From NCBI RefSeq assembly GCF_009914755.1, contig NC_060925.1: a stretch of DNA of 64,000 bases; one strand, 5' to 3'. The notes under the pieces are model-generated. The model saw nothing but the letters and a program-made list of their open reading frames with translations. It made no database searches and had not been told where the DNA came from. This DNA comes from the human T2T-CHM13v2.0 reference genome, Homo sapiens. Shown in pieces: positions 11,922 through 25,040 of this stretch. The position numbers and the translations under genes are program-made. Each line of letters opens with the position of its first letter. The first letter of the stretch is position 1.

Positions 11922-13988
11922 AGTAATATATTATTCACAGTAAAATCATACCATTATCAAGTGTTCCAAAACACTCAATAATGCGTCATGACTGGTAGTG
12001 CAATTCAGAAGTTAATGTAATGACCAGGAAATCCCACAGAGTGAGCCAGCAAGTACTTCTGACTCAACCTGGACATCCAAATCCATCTGGGTCGCTACTG
12101 CGGTTTTGCAGTTGCTACTGAAGTTTAAACACCTGTGGAGACACTACTGGGTCTTGAGGCTGGCTGGTACCTCCAGGACAGTGGAAGCCCTTTGGGCCAG
12201 TAACAGGGTGAAGTAAGTGAGGCACTGAGGCACTACATTTAAGTTGGCACTCAGTTTTAGGATCACGCAAGTAATGTCCCAGCTTCCCAACATGGGGTTC
12301 CTCTGGCATTGCCTGCCCTCGCCTACCTTTCTATAATCTTTCCCATCCAAAATAGGAACTTACTCTGCCATCTCTCCCCACTCCAACAGCCTTCATTTGA
12401 GAACTTGCTGGATAGAGGGCAGGAGATGATCATCATTCATGATAAATTCAAATTCAAAATCAGTCTTTATGAGGTGGTTGTAGTTTTGCTACCATCCCTT
12501 CCCATTCCACCTAGAAATTTATACCTATTAGGCAGAGAAGCCACTGGGTTTTCATTTCTTGAAGGAAATAATATAACTACAGAAAGCAGAGAAACAAAGG
12601 GTGTTTCTTTTGGACTTAGAATTTTAGAAGTCACGTTTTCAGAAAAATTGAAAGGACTTCAGTGATTGACAGTGGATTTAGGAGGAAATGGGTGATAAAT
12701 TAAAAGTAACTTTTTTCCTCCACTCCCATCCTTCCCACCCAGTCTATATAAATATTTAATGGACAGAGAGACAAAATGAGGACCAAAAGCAAAGTGAAGG
12801 GCCCAGAGATATTGGCAGATCTTGGAGAAAGAGGATCAATGCCCAGCTCCTTAGGCTATTCTCAGAGGGCTGACAAATACCAGGTGTGGGTAAATGAAAG
12901 ATGGAGAATCTGTGACTCGACAAACGAAGCCCTGGGAGAGTAGATTGAACCATGAACTTCTCTGAACCCCAGTGTTGAGTGGAACATCAGAATGACTGTC
13001 ATCTTTTCAAGAATGGCTTCAAAGTAGTAGAGAAGTGAGGGATAGAAAGGGTTCTAATGAATGAAAATGAAAGATGACTCCAAAGTCCCCATGATGGTGA
13101 CCAGTGGGAAGATGGCATGAAAAATCAGCTGGGCTTACCTCACAGCCCACACTTGCCACCAACCCTCATAAAACTTAGGTATCAGCTCGCAGAAATAAGG
13201 GGTGAGGGGGACAAGCAGGGAAAAATGAATACTACAAGTGACACACAGGTTTCCACTCTCACAGATACTTACAATAGAATTAAGTTCAGTTACAAGAAAA
13301 TAAAAGAGGTCACGTGACTTGCATGCCTGAGTTTCTAGTTGGATATCTGCATGCTCTATACAAACACTGCATTTTTCACATACTGAAAGAGGTATTTAGT
13401 TGCAAAGAATCTGTTTTTATTTTTTTATTTCAGAAACTCAACTACTGTCTATTTTTGGAAGAAAATAATTGTCAACAATCAAAAAAGCAAGCTCATGCTT
13501 GAGAAAGTATTTTCAAATATCATATAACAGGAGGCAAGGGTAGAACAGGTATTGCTTTCTTACTGGGTATCTGGTGAAAAGTTTATTTACTTTGGAGCTT
13601 AAAAATAAAAATTCATATTGTGAATTTGATATGTCAATGGAGGGACATATATTCTCCATCAAATTTAACAGATCCCAGTAGCTGGCTATCCATGAAAGCG
13701 TGAATGAGATTGACTGCTAGTTGTACTAATTAAGTGGATTTCATCTCTTAATAGCCATGTAAACTTGAGAAGGAAAAATGGTGCCAGCAGACAAGACAAA
13801 CATTAAGTATAATTTCCAAAAGTATAAAAATTAAACGTATTTGGAACATAAGAAATATTATTAGAAAAACATATTAATCTATCCTTCCTCCATGGAAGTC
13901 CCCTACTATGCTCTTGTGGTTCTCATCTCACCTCTCATAGTGCTTATAGCTAAATTCTCATCTCTGCCTGCCTTTTCCATGCTACGTT

Positions 13989-14155
13989 CAGTACCATGCT
14001 GAGCCACATTGGAGCCTGAGGCAAAAGGAAAAAGGTGTGTGCCTATATATATTTATTATTATTATTGTTTTTCTAGATTACTGAGTCTTTGTTAGCCCCT
14101 TATATTTTGAACCTCAGGCCAGTGCCTCACTTGCCTCACTCTAATTTCTGCCCTA
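13989..14155. mobile_element. Short hAT (Tip100-like) DNA transposon relic, family uncertain
   Basis: gcctgaggcaaaaggaaaa...gtgcctcacttgcctcactctaatttctgccct resembles non-autonomous hAT elements with CAGGG termini. Confidence 0.5.
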
Positions 14156-14164
14156 ATCCCAAAG

Positions 14165-14620
14165 GTCTAACCTGCACCCTCTTTCCACTTTACACACTCT
14201 TCCTGGGTAACTCTCCCCCTAGGCTTTTAGTTATTTACATATATCCTGATGATTCAAAAATTCTTTATCTCCATCCCAGACCCTTTACTAATCTTCAACT
14301 TTTGCAGTGATCCACAGGCACAAGACCTCAAATAATCCAAAAGTGAGTTTAGTATTTACCCTCAACTTATGCTATAAACAAGTAAACATACACATAAAGT
14401 CAACTCCCAAATCATATGTGTTTTATCTCCTAAATCAATTCAAGCTCATCCTCCCTCCTAGTCTTCATCACCTGTCTTCCAACTTTCTAAACCCAGTCCC
14501 AGAGACCTTGCCTCCCATCTTTTCATTAAATCCATGGTCCACACTGAAAGCTAGACTGATTCACCTAAAGGCAAATATGATCAACTCACACTGATCATTA
14601 AAACGCCTTAACTGTTCTTC
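14165..14620 (+). mobile_element. L2 fragment
   Basis: Pyrimidine-rich L2 ORF2-like sequence (atatcctgatgattcaaaaattctttatctccatcccagacc). Confidence 0.55.
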
Positions 14621-14899
14621 CTTCAAAAGAGTATTATTATTATTTATTGGTATTTCAGTCTTCTTCAAAACAATGTGAGAACTTCTTGGCAAGGCCTATG
14701 TCACATAAATTTCAATGTGGCAAGTGGCACAGACAATAAATGTGAAACAAACGAGTGACTGAGATTGTGAAGCTCATGCAAGAAAAAAAAATTATCAAAA
14801 CCCATATATTATTTAGTTATTTTCATTGTCTACAAGGAAAATAAGTCAATGATTTTCTTTTATTTCCTTATTCAAAAAAATTCTACTAAAAGAGCTCTC

Positions 14900-15085
14900 T
14901 GGCAATTGCATAGGTTCAGTCTCTAGTTCTACCATTCAGTTGTGGAACTGTGAATAGGTTTCTTATGCTTCCATGTGCCTCAATTCCCTCATCTATGAAT
15001 GGATGATAAAATATAATGTATACCTGACAGGGTGCTTCTGAAGCTTAAATAAATTACTTCACAAAAAGCATTGCAAATTCTTAAT
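14900..15085 (+). mobile_element. MIR SINE
   Basis: tgtgcctcaattccctcatctatgaatggatgataa MIR core. Confidence 0.65.
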
Positions 15086-15839
15086 ATACATTATAGCTTA
15101 TTCTCATTGTATTTTTTTTTATGGTGAGCACCTTGTATGTGTCATGCATTTAGAACAAATTTGCTATAATTCTTAAAAACAAGTCTAATAATTGGCTAAT
15201 TGGCTGTCTTTAACTGCCTTTCCTTTTAATTTTCACCTAGCATAAGTTTTCTGATTTGTAATATTTTCTGGTCTTCAAAAATTGCTCAGGAAAAATGAGT
15301 ACAAAATATTTATGTAATTAGGATAGTTCAACATTTTCAAAAATGGCAAAAATAAACAGCAGTTATGGAACACCTGCTTAAAATATACTGGAAATAACTG
15401 CTTCATGCTTCATTAACCAGTATAAACATGTTTGCCAGTTTAAATCCCCTACTGAAGTCAGAATTTCCAATTAGTACTAGAAGAATATTAAACTACCAAG
15501 TGAAGATATTCCTGGGCAATAATTTCAGAACTGCCATTCTTAAGGCACTTTTACCGGTCAAACACATGCTTATTTTCTAAGAAGCCTATGATTTACTTAT
15601 TAAACAAAATTTGTATCTATTTTAATAAACGATTTTAGACTACTTATTTTGCTAGATTTTATTCACCTCTGAGTAGCATTCAATACAGTGCCTGAAATAA
15701 GATGCTTCGAGCACCAAAGAAATAGAAAAATGGAAGAAGAAGGCAGATAGTAAGAGAGGACTATATAATGCCTCAAGAAAAACTTCTATAATTGTTGACT
15801 CCAATTATAACTCTGTTTTGGGTAAGTGAACATAAGAAA

Positions 15840-15918
15840 CATATAGCCTATATATAGATAGATATCTATATATAGAGAGAGATATATGTATATATTTCAA
15901 TATATAGATAGAGAGACA
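15840..15918. repeat. Compound (TA)/(GA) microsatellite
   Basis: tatatatagatagatatctatatatagagagagatatatg. Confidence 0.8.
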
Positions 15919-16934
15919 GTAATGCAGGCTAGAAATATAAAGGAATCTTCAATCTAAAGATAGTATTAAAAGTAAGGAGATAACGAGATAACCAATGTAG
16001 TGACTATTTTAAAAGAAAGAAAGAGAGTTTGAGCTCTGGGCACTGAAATATCTAGGGATGAGAGGAGAAATAATCAACAAAGAAGTGAAGAAAAACAAGA
16101 AGGAGATGTCAGTGAGGTAAGAAGAAAACTTTTTCGTATCTCATCAGTTACTGGTTACTGGCTAGCTAGTGGGGATAAAAGTTCCAGCATCCTACTTGGG
16201 TCTTTATGAATTGAAAAACAAACCATATGTTTTGGTGACACTTTCATTCAATTATTTATGCCAGCATGAAGAGGATAATAACAAATACGTAAGGAGCAGC
16301 ATTATTCAACCACACCGAGAATAACTTTCAACCCTAGCTTCATATTTCACTTTTGGGAATAAACCTTACTGCTCTGAGAAATTCATGAATGTCACAGAGA
16401 GTCTTCAAACTAACAGACATCAGTGCAATAAATCTGATCTTATAAATCGAGATTACTACTTTAACATAGATCTAAAGCTTTCATTTTATTTTTCTACTAA
16501 TACTCATTACAGAAGACCTGAAATATACAAAAGTGCCAAAAAATATAATCAATATTAATATTTCATTTTTTTGTTCTTTTGTGCATATATATATAAAGGT
16601 ATGGTTATGTGTAAGTGTACACAATCACTATTGAATACAGTGATGTTAAATCCTTTTTCCATGTAATGCAGATAGAATTTATCCAGATTATTATTTCAAA
16701 AACATCTTAATGACTGCACAATATACCACTGAATTAATTTACTCTAATTTGCTTAACCATGACCCACTGGTTGGAATTCAGTGGGATTTCCCCTACATTT
16801 GTCTCCATTGAGTAAATAATGCCTAAGATAATCCTCTTTGTGCTTAATTCTTTATCTATATTCCTAATTCTTTCCTTCAGATATGTTATTAGAAAATAAA
16901 TTACTGGTGCAAGTGTTTGATAATTTTAAAGTAT

Positions 16935-17285
16935 TGTTATGAACTGAACTATATCTCCTCAAAAATCTTATGTTGAAGTCCTAACCCCCACTATCTCAAA
17001 ATGTAGCTATATTTGGAGAGAGAGTCTTTAAAGAGGTAATTAAGTTAAAATGAGGTTATTAGGGTATGTCCTAATCCAATATAGCCGATGTCCTTATTTG
17101 GACACACGCACACCCAAAGTGAAAAACTCAGGGAGAAGACACCATCTACAAGCCAAGGAGAGAGGTCTTGGAAGAAATCACCTTGATCTGGGACTCCTAA
17201 CCTCCAGAACTGTGAGAAAATAAGTCTCTGTTGTTTAAGCCACCTAGTCTGTGGTATCTTCTTGTAGCATCCGTAGGTATAAATA
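16935..17285 (+). mobile_element. MaLR solo LTR (MLT1A/B-like)
   Basis: tgttatgaactgaac...tatgttgaagtcctaacccc...aagaggtaattaagttaaaatgagg...cctccagaactgtgagaaaataa. Confidence 0.85.
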
Positions 17286-17679
17286 GCATCCCTAGGTATA
17301 GCATCACAGGTCCAAATGAATATTGTCAAAGATATTGTCAAACTGCTTTTATAAATATTTGGGTCAATATATATTTGACAGAGAAAGTGGACCTCACTGT
17401 ACCTTGGTTATTATTTTTAAAATGATAAAATAAACTCAATTTATAGGATCACATTATGAGATACAAATGCTAATTTCCATAAAATAACAACAACAGCAAT
17501 CAAAATAAAGAAAGTCTCCATTTCGAAATAAAGTCCTGACCATAAATACTTTGAAAACTTATAAATGCGAGACATTAGGGAAGTCACATAGTGTCTCTTG
17601 ATCATAGTTCTCAGACCTTTAAAAATTAGAGATTTAGGCTTGATAGTCTTTAAGGGCTTTCTAAGTTTAAAAATTATAT

Positions 17680-17879
17680 CACACTCTGGGGACTGTTGTG
17701 GGGTGGGGGGTGGAGGGATAGCATTAGGAGATATACCTAATGCTAAATGACGAGTTAATGGGTGCAGCACACCAGCACATGGCACATGTATACATATGTA
17801 ACTAACCTGCACATTGTGCACATGTACCCTAAAACTTAAAGTATAATAATAATAAAAAAAAGAAAAAAAACTATAATAA
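17680..17879 (+). mobile_element. Young 5'-truncated L1PA (L1PA2/3-like) 3' end with poly(A)
   Basis: gatagcattaggagatatacctaatgctaaatgacgagttaatgggtgcagcac...aaaacttaaagtataataat plus A-tail. TSD AAAAATTATAT at 17669-17679 and 17880-17890, at a TT/AAAA endonuclease site. Confidence 0.95.
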
Positions 17880-18805
17880 AAAAATTATATGATTCTTTTT
17901 TCAGTGTTATTCAATTGCTCTTATCATTAAACTGCGTCATGGCTTGTAAGTGGCCTATTCCTTGAACAATCTGAATCACACTGGTTTCCTTTTAGAGACC
18001 TCTACTAGAAGCATCATGATAGAAAACAAAGCTCCCAAAACTGGAACAAGAAAAACTGAATTCAAAATCCATGTCTGTAATTAAGTGACTATGGGATCTT
18101 TTCATGTAACATTGTTTCTCTGTTTCTTTTTCTTTTTTCATTCAAAAAAAATTGCCCAGTGGCTGGTGATAGAAAAACTTAAAATTAGATAAATACAAGC
18201 ACACATGAGCACACACCCTCAATTTCCATCCTCAAAGAGTTCATAATATAAGAAGGAGGAAAGAAGTACATAAACTAAAATCATACATTCTATAAGAAAG
18301 TATATACACGGTTCCAATTGAGCTAATGTTAAACTAATACTACTGTCTCACTCATTAATTTGGGAATGTTAATTTGGGGTAATCTGGGGAAATCAGATAA
18401 AAAGACATTTCTTTCAAAATTTAAAAACGTATATAACTTTAAGATGGAATTTCTAACATCACCTTTAAGGTTGTACTTATATCCGATCTATGGTGTCAGT
18501 TTCAGCTCTATAATCACCTCCTATATACAGTTAAACAAAGTTCTAGCAATAATCTCAGAGAAATGCTGTTTTGCTCCTACACCTCACCTGGAAATATTAG
18601 GTGTTCATAGAACATCTAATGTTCATATATTTTGTGAGGGTGTATTTTTAAAGTCCACAGATACCAGTGTATCTATAGCTTTCTTCATTTAGACTATATC
18701 TTTAACATGAAAACTCTTCTGTATCATTGTGTCATTAGGCAAAACAATTTTAAAACAAATTTTAAAGATTTTGAAAAAAGAAATTTTGGCACCAAACTAA
18801 ATTTA

Positions 18806-18896
18806 CAGGTTGCATATCCCTTATCAAAAATGCTTGACAACAGATTTGTTTCAGATTTGGGTATTATGAATTTTCAGATTTGGGTTACTCAACCTG
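18806..18896. mobile_element. Minimal Tigger4/MER46-type MITE (91 bp)
   Basis: TIRs CAGGTTG...CAACCTG flanked by TA on both sides; internal atcccttatcaaaaatgcttg matches the Tigger4 end. Confidence 0.8.
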
Positions 18897-19023
18897 TATA
18901 TAATTTGTATTTCAGGAGATTTTTTAAAGCAGTGTAATTAAAAATACACTTTCAAACTTTTTCAAATATTAAATATTTAAAATATTTTTAAAATCACGGC
19001 TGTACTTTAATACCTTATTTCTA

Positions 19024-19212
<189 letters not shown>

Positions 19213-19227
19213 CTAAAGACAGCATAA

Positions 19228-19582
<355 letters not shown>

Positions 19583-20224
19583 TAGCATTTTTAGGAATCA
19601 AACTTTATCTAAGATTTCCTCTTACAGGCCCCTAAAGAAAGGGTTAGCCAGGAAAGAAAACTTAGGAATCACAAAAAAAAAAAAGATACATGTAAATCAG
19701 AAGAATGACCCCAAATTTGCAAGATTGTGTTTAATAAAATCAAGTGAGGAATCCTATATTTGGTTTTCCAAAAAAAAGTTCAGTATGGGAAAATCCTAAT
19801 ACAATGAAAATTTATATGGAAAAAGTGAGAAGATATACTTGTCTTAGAAAAAATCTAATAATGTTATCATTGATATAATGACATCATTATATCAATGTAT
19901 ATCATTATACATTGACAAAAAGCTAAAATATATGTTTAAAATGTTGCATGGCTCTCAAACAGCTTACATTAATAGACTAATATGGGGCAAAATATAAATC
20001 GAGTAATTGTTATTGTATTTTCTACTAATTAGCCAGAAGCAATTCTTGACCAGAAGAAAAACTTCAAGAAAAACAAATAAATATAATCAATAATGAACAA
20101 CATACCATTATTTCACCAGAGAGGAGGAAACATGGTAGTAGCACATGCTTCTGTCTAACCAAATTAACATTATTACCTACCATCTTTCAATAATGATTAT
20201 GTGTTGAAAAGTTAGATGCAACAG

Positions 20225-20385
20225 CTGAAGAAAAGCCTGGAGAAAAGATCTGGGAGAGACACAGTGTATTTCAGTAGGTGAAGAACTTTCACATGGAAGA
20301 GAGATTTAATTTGTTTTGTATTAACACAGAACCAAGGCTGTGGAAATTAATGGAGGAAGATTTGGATTCAGATATAAATTAAAAA
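20225..20385 (+). mobile_element. L3/CR1 LINE fragment
   Basis: cctggagaaaagatctgggagagac...catggaagagagatttaatttgttttgt...ggaagatttggattcagatataa resembles the L3 3' region. Confidence 0.6.
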
Positions 20386-21409
20386 GTGGCAGCTGAGATT
20401 GTATTAGAAATCATTCCAGCTGACATTACTGCAGTCATTTTAAATGATGTTCATTTCAAAAGTCTTCTTCCATGAAGTTACCCCTAACTAATCTAGATCC
20501 ATTTTTCTGTTTCAGATCACTGAAACATCTCTACCACAGTATTTCAGTCTAAACAGTAACTGCTGCTTTAAGAATTTTCTTCCCTTCTAAACTGTGAATG
20601 TGTTGAGTTGCGGGATTCCTGACTTTTCAAAAATCTTTCAGTTTATGATATACAGTACCAGGTAGGTAGCATATGCTTATTCCTGTAAAATAGTAATTCA
20701 AAAATCATAAATATAATTTTTAATTCCTAGTACTCTTATAACTTTGAGTAAACCATTGATCTTTTTGATCTTTGATTTCCTCACATGCAAAATAGGGCAA
20801 CACCTGAATCAGAAGTAAAGAATAAATGAAATGCATGATACAACATGTTTTCTAAACTACAAAAACCCTAAAAATTGAAGTGTAGTGAAAATGGAATCCA
20901 GAGGCTATGTGCAACAGTAATCCTCTGTCCATGATTTGTTCATGTAGTGGCCAAGTAAGAATTTGAAGGGGACCTGAGAATGCAATTCCTACTAGATTTA
21001 ACCAAATCCAAGATCACCTTCCAAATCTAGATTCCATGATTCTTTAAAAATTATTGGGTCATGTTCATCATTTTCACATATAAAAATGAACTCTTATTGA
21101 GATCCACAGAGAACTATCAAAAAGACCACAATAAATGAACAGATAAAAGAATTATTATACTATTAACAACAGACACAAGCTAAAAATGTTATTTTCCACC
21201 TCTACTAATGTAATTCCACAATCAACATATCTAAAGTAATCATTTTCTAGGTGATATCTTAGCTGATTTTATAAGAGTATCACATGCTAATATGAAGAAT
21301 TTAAAAATCATAAATGACTTTCTAAAATAAATGTTATACTTAGTATTCTTAGACAAGAATAAAATCAGAAAAAGTCACTTCATTTCATTCTGCATTTGAT
21401 TTAAAGTGG

Positions 21410-21620
21410 TAATAACAATGCTTTGTGTTTTAAGTTTTTAGAGTTTAAAAGTTCAAAAGCTTTCACATCCATTATGTAACTTAACTTACAAACAGCTACT
21501 ACTCTCTCAATACTTAGGATGAGCAAATAAATTGAGGGTGATTAAGTAACCTGCTTAAGATCTCACAGTTAATATGCAAAAAGAATTGAATTGGAACTCT
21601 GTTTTTCTGAGTATGGGACT
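21410..21620 (-). mobile_element. MIR SINE
   Basis: attaagtaacctgcttaagatctcacagttaat is the reversed MIR core. Confidence 0.6.
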
Positions 21621-23027
21621 TATATTGAACCTGATCCAAAGATGAGGGCTATATTTAAAAGTCACTTTTTGAGATATAAGGTAGGAAACATTTTTAACCA
21701 CATGTTTAAATAATATCAATTTGCACCTGAGTAGCTCAATGAAAAATTAATTTCAAACCCTGTCTTGAGCAAGCCAGTAAACATGACCATTAAGAGGTCA
21801 TGGAATGGTAGAGTAAGGACCTCTGCAGACTGACTCCCATAAAAATAAACATATAACTGCAAAAATAGTAAAAATGAAAACTCTTTGAAGTCTCTGGAAA
21901 TTTGCCTTAAGGCAAACAGCAAATGAAGAAACAATAATACATGAAAATCTGCTAAAACTGGTAAAAGGAGTGAAGGTCTATGGCATTTGAAGTATAACCC
22001 ACACCACTTCAGTCCAGTGTGACAGTCATTCTACCTCAGATGGGTATAGCTCAAAACACAGAGCTCGCTCTACCCCAGCCACCAGTTGAGGGCTATGGTA
22101 TCTCCCAGAGAGGGGTAAGATGCCAGCATTTCTCATTTTCTCTCTCCCCCATGCTACACAGAGACAAAACTGCAACTGAGTGCAGCTGAGACTAAAGTGC
22201 AGCTGACAGGTCAGGAGTTCTGTTACTCCATCCAGCCCCCACTCATAGAGCCAAGGTTCTACCTCAGGAATATCATGCCAATAACACCAGGGCCCTGATT
22301 ATCCTTGCCTCACCTCACTTACTGGGTAGAGTTTGCACACAAGGAAGAGCAAGCTGAGAGGACTAGAGGCTATTGCCTATACCTAGTACTTTGCTCATAA
22401 AGCAGAAATTTAACTCTGAGAGAAGTGGGCCATTGTCACTATCCTCAGCTCTGGAGCAGTGGCCCAGAGATTTTTCCCAGAAGACACAAGCCATAAGAAC
22501 AGAGAGGTCCCCCCAAAGGAACTGACTTTATTTGAACCTGTATGCAGGGAAGTTCAAACCTAAGAGTACTCTTATAAACAATAAAAATGTTCATGTCAAA
22601 CAATTAAGAAGAGGGAGGTAGCTTCCTGAAAACAAAAAACTGAACCATAAGGCAGGTAGTTCATAAGGGAAACCCAGGGAAAGAAACATAAGATGAGTTC
22701 TCCTGGAGTTACAAAAAACCTCAAGGACTCACCTCAAAAACTACCACTGAAAAAAGGCCCAAATTTAACTGAATCACACTGTGGAACAACTCATATTCCA
22801 CAGCAAAAGTAATAAAGAAATCAACCAGAAGCCACTGGAACTAAGATCTGGGTGTGACATTACTACAGGCAGACATCTTAAGAGAGAGATCAGAGAAAAA
22901 GGCAAAGAGACACCTGATAAAACCAGGGACACCCAAGAATGACTGCACATATCCAAGGCTGCACCCTGTGAGAATGACATCAGCGGTTCACACAGAGGAA
23001 AATGTACATCCCTAAATAGTATATCCA

Positions 23028-23327
23028 GGCCAGGCATAATGGGTCATGTCTGTAATGCCAGCACTTTGGGAGGCTGAGGCAAGTGGACTGCTTGAGGAAT
23101 TCAAGACCAGCCTGGGCAACACAGTGAATCCCCATCTCTATAAAAAATACAAAAATTAGCCGGGCATGGTGGCATATGCCTGTGGTCTCAGCTACTCAGA
23201 AGGCTGAAGCAGGAGGATCGCTTGAGCCTGGGAGGTCAAGGATGCAGTGAGCTGTGACCATGCCACTTTACTCCAGCCTGGGTGACAAAGTGAGACTCTG
23301 CATTAAAAAAAAAAAAAAAAAAAAAAA
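23028..23327 (+). mobile_element. AluJ
   Basis: ggccaggc start, J-type ggaggatcgcttgagcctgggaggtcaagg, A-tail; TSD about agtatatcca on both sides. Confidence 0.96.
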
Positions 23328-23537
23328 GTATATCCAGTCGCTAGTAACAAGTCGCCCTCCTCTAGAGGGGGTTTAGTGTCCGGCAAGAATAGCTACATTA
23401 TGTAAGATGTTCAGTCTTCAATTTAAAAAAGTATGAGCCATGCAAAGAAACAGAATTGTGTGATCCATACAGACACACAAAAAAAGGAGACAACAGAAAC
23501 TCCCATTAAGAGGGCCCATGTGTCAAATTTAACACTT

Positions 23538-23908
23538 TGATATGGTTTAGCTGCATCCCCACCCAAATCTCATCTTGAATTGTAGTTCCCATAATCCCCA
23601 TGTGGTCATGGGAGGGACCCGGTGGGAGATAATTGAATCATGGGGCCAGTTACCCCCATGCTGCTGTTCTCATGATAGTGAGTGAGTTCTCGCGATATGT
23701 GATGGTTTTATAAGTGACTTTTCCGTCTTTGCTAAGCACTTCTTCCTGCTGTCATGTGAAGAAGGATGTGTTTGCTTCCCCTTCTGCCATGATTGTAAGT
23801 TCCCTCACGCCTCCCCAGACATGCACAACTGTGAGTCAGTTAAACCACTTTCCTTTATAAATTGCCCAGTCTCGGGCAGTTCTTTACAGCAGCATGAGAA
23901 CTAATACA
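23538..23908 (+). mobile_element. THE1 (THE1C/D-like) solo LTR
   Basis: tgatatggttt...ccccacccaaatctcatcttgaattgtag...ctaataca with a perfect 5-bp TSD CACTT. Confidence 0.95.
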
Positions 23909-24707
23909 CACTTCAAAGCAGCCATTACAAGGAAAGTATGATGACAATGTCTTAGAGAGTACAGAATATCCATATACAGATATAAATCACTTAAATTATT
24001 TTAACAAAAACAACAAGCAGGCATTCTGGTCTTGAAAAATACAATAGCTGATATGAAACATTCACTAGAGTTCAATAGTAGATTTGAACTAGCAGAAGAA
24101 AGAATCAGCAAACTTAAAGACAGATCAAGAGAGATTACACAATCAGAAGACCAAAGAGAAAAAGAATAAAGAAAAATTAACAGAGCCTCAATGATATGTG
24201 ATACACCACTGAGCAAACCAAAATACTGTAATGGGATTACCTGAAAAAGAAAAGACAAAGCAGGAGAAAATACAGAAGTTACACTGGCTTAAAATTTGCC
24301 CGATTTATTTTTTTTTTAATAAAGTAGAACAAGGTATATTACACTATACCTTCAGGAAGCTCAATGAATGTGAAGTATGCTAAATGTAAAGAGATCCACA
24401 CAAAGAACATCAGTAAAAGGGCTGAAAGTCAATAGCAAAAAGAAAATCTTGAATGTAGCAAAAAAAAAATAATTCATCATGTAAAAATAGTTTCAATAAG
24501 TTTAACAGTGAATTTCTCATTAACAACCAGAGAGACCAGAGAGAAGTGGGATAAGACATACAAAGTATTAAAAGAAAAAAAAATGTGAACCATGACTCCT
24601 ATACCCAACAAAACTATCTTTCAAAAAATACATTCCCAGAATAACAAACAATAAGAGAATTTGTTATTAGCAGATGTGACTTATAAGAATTACTAAAGGA
24701 AGTTCTT

Positions 24708-25040
<333 letters not shown>

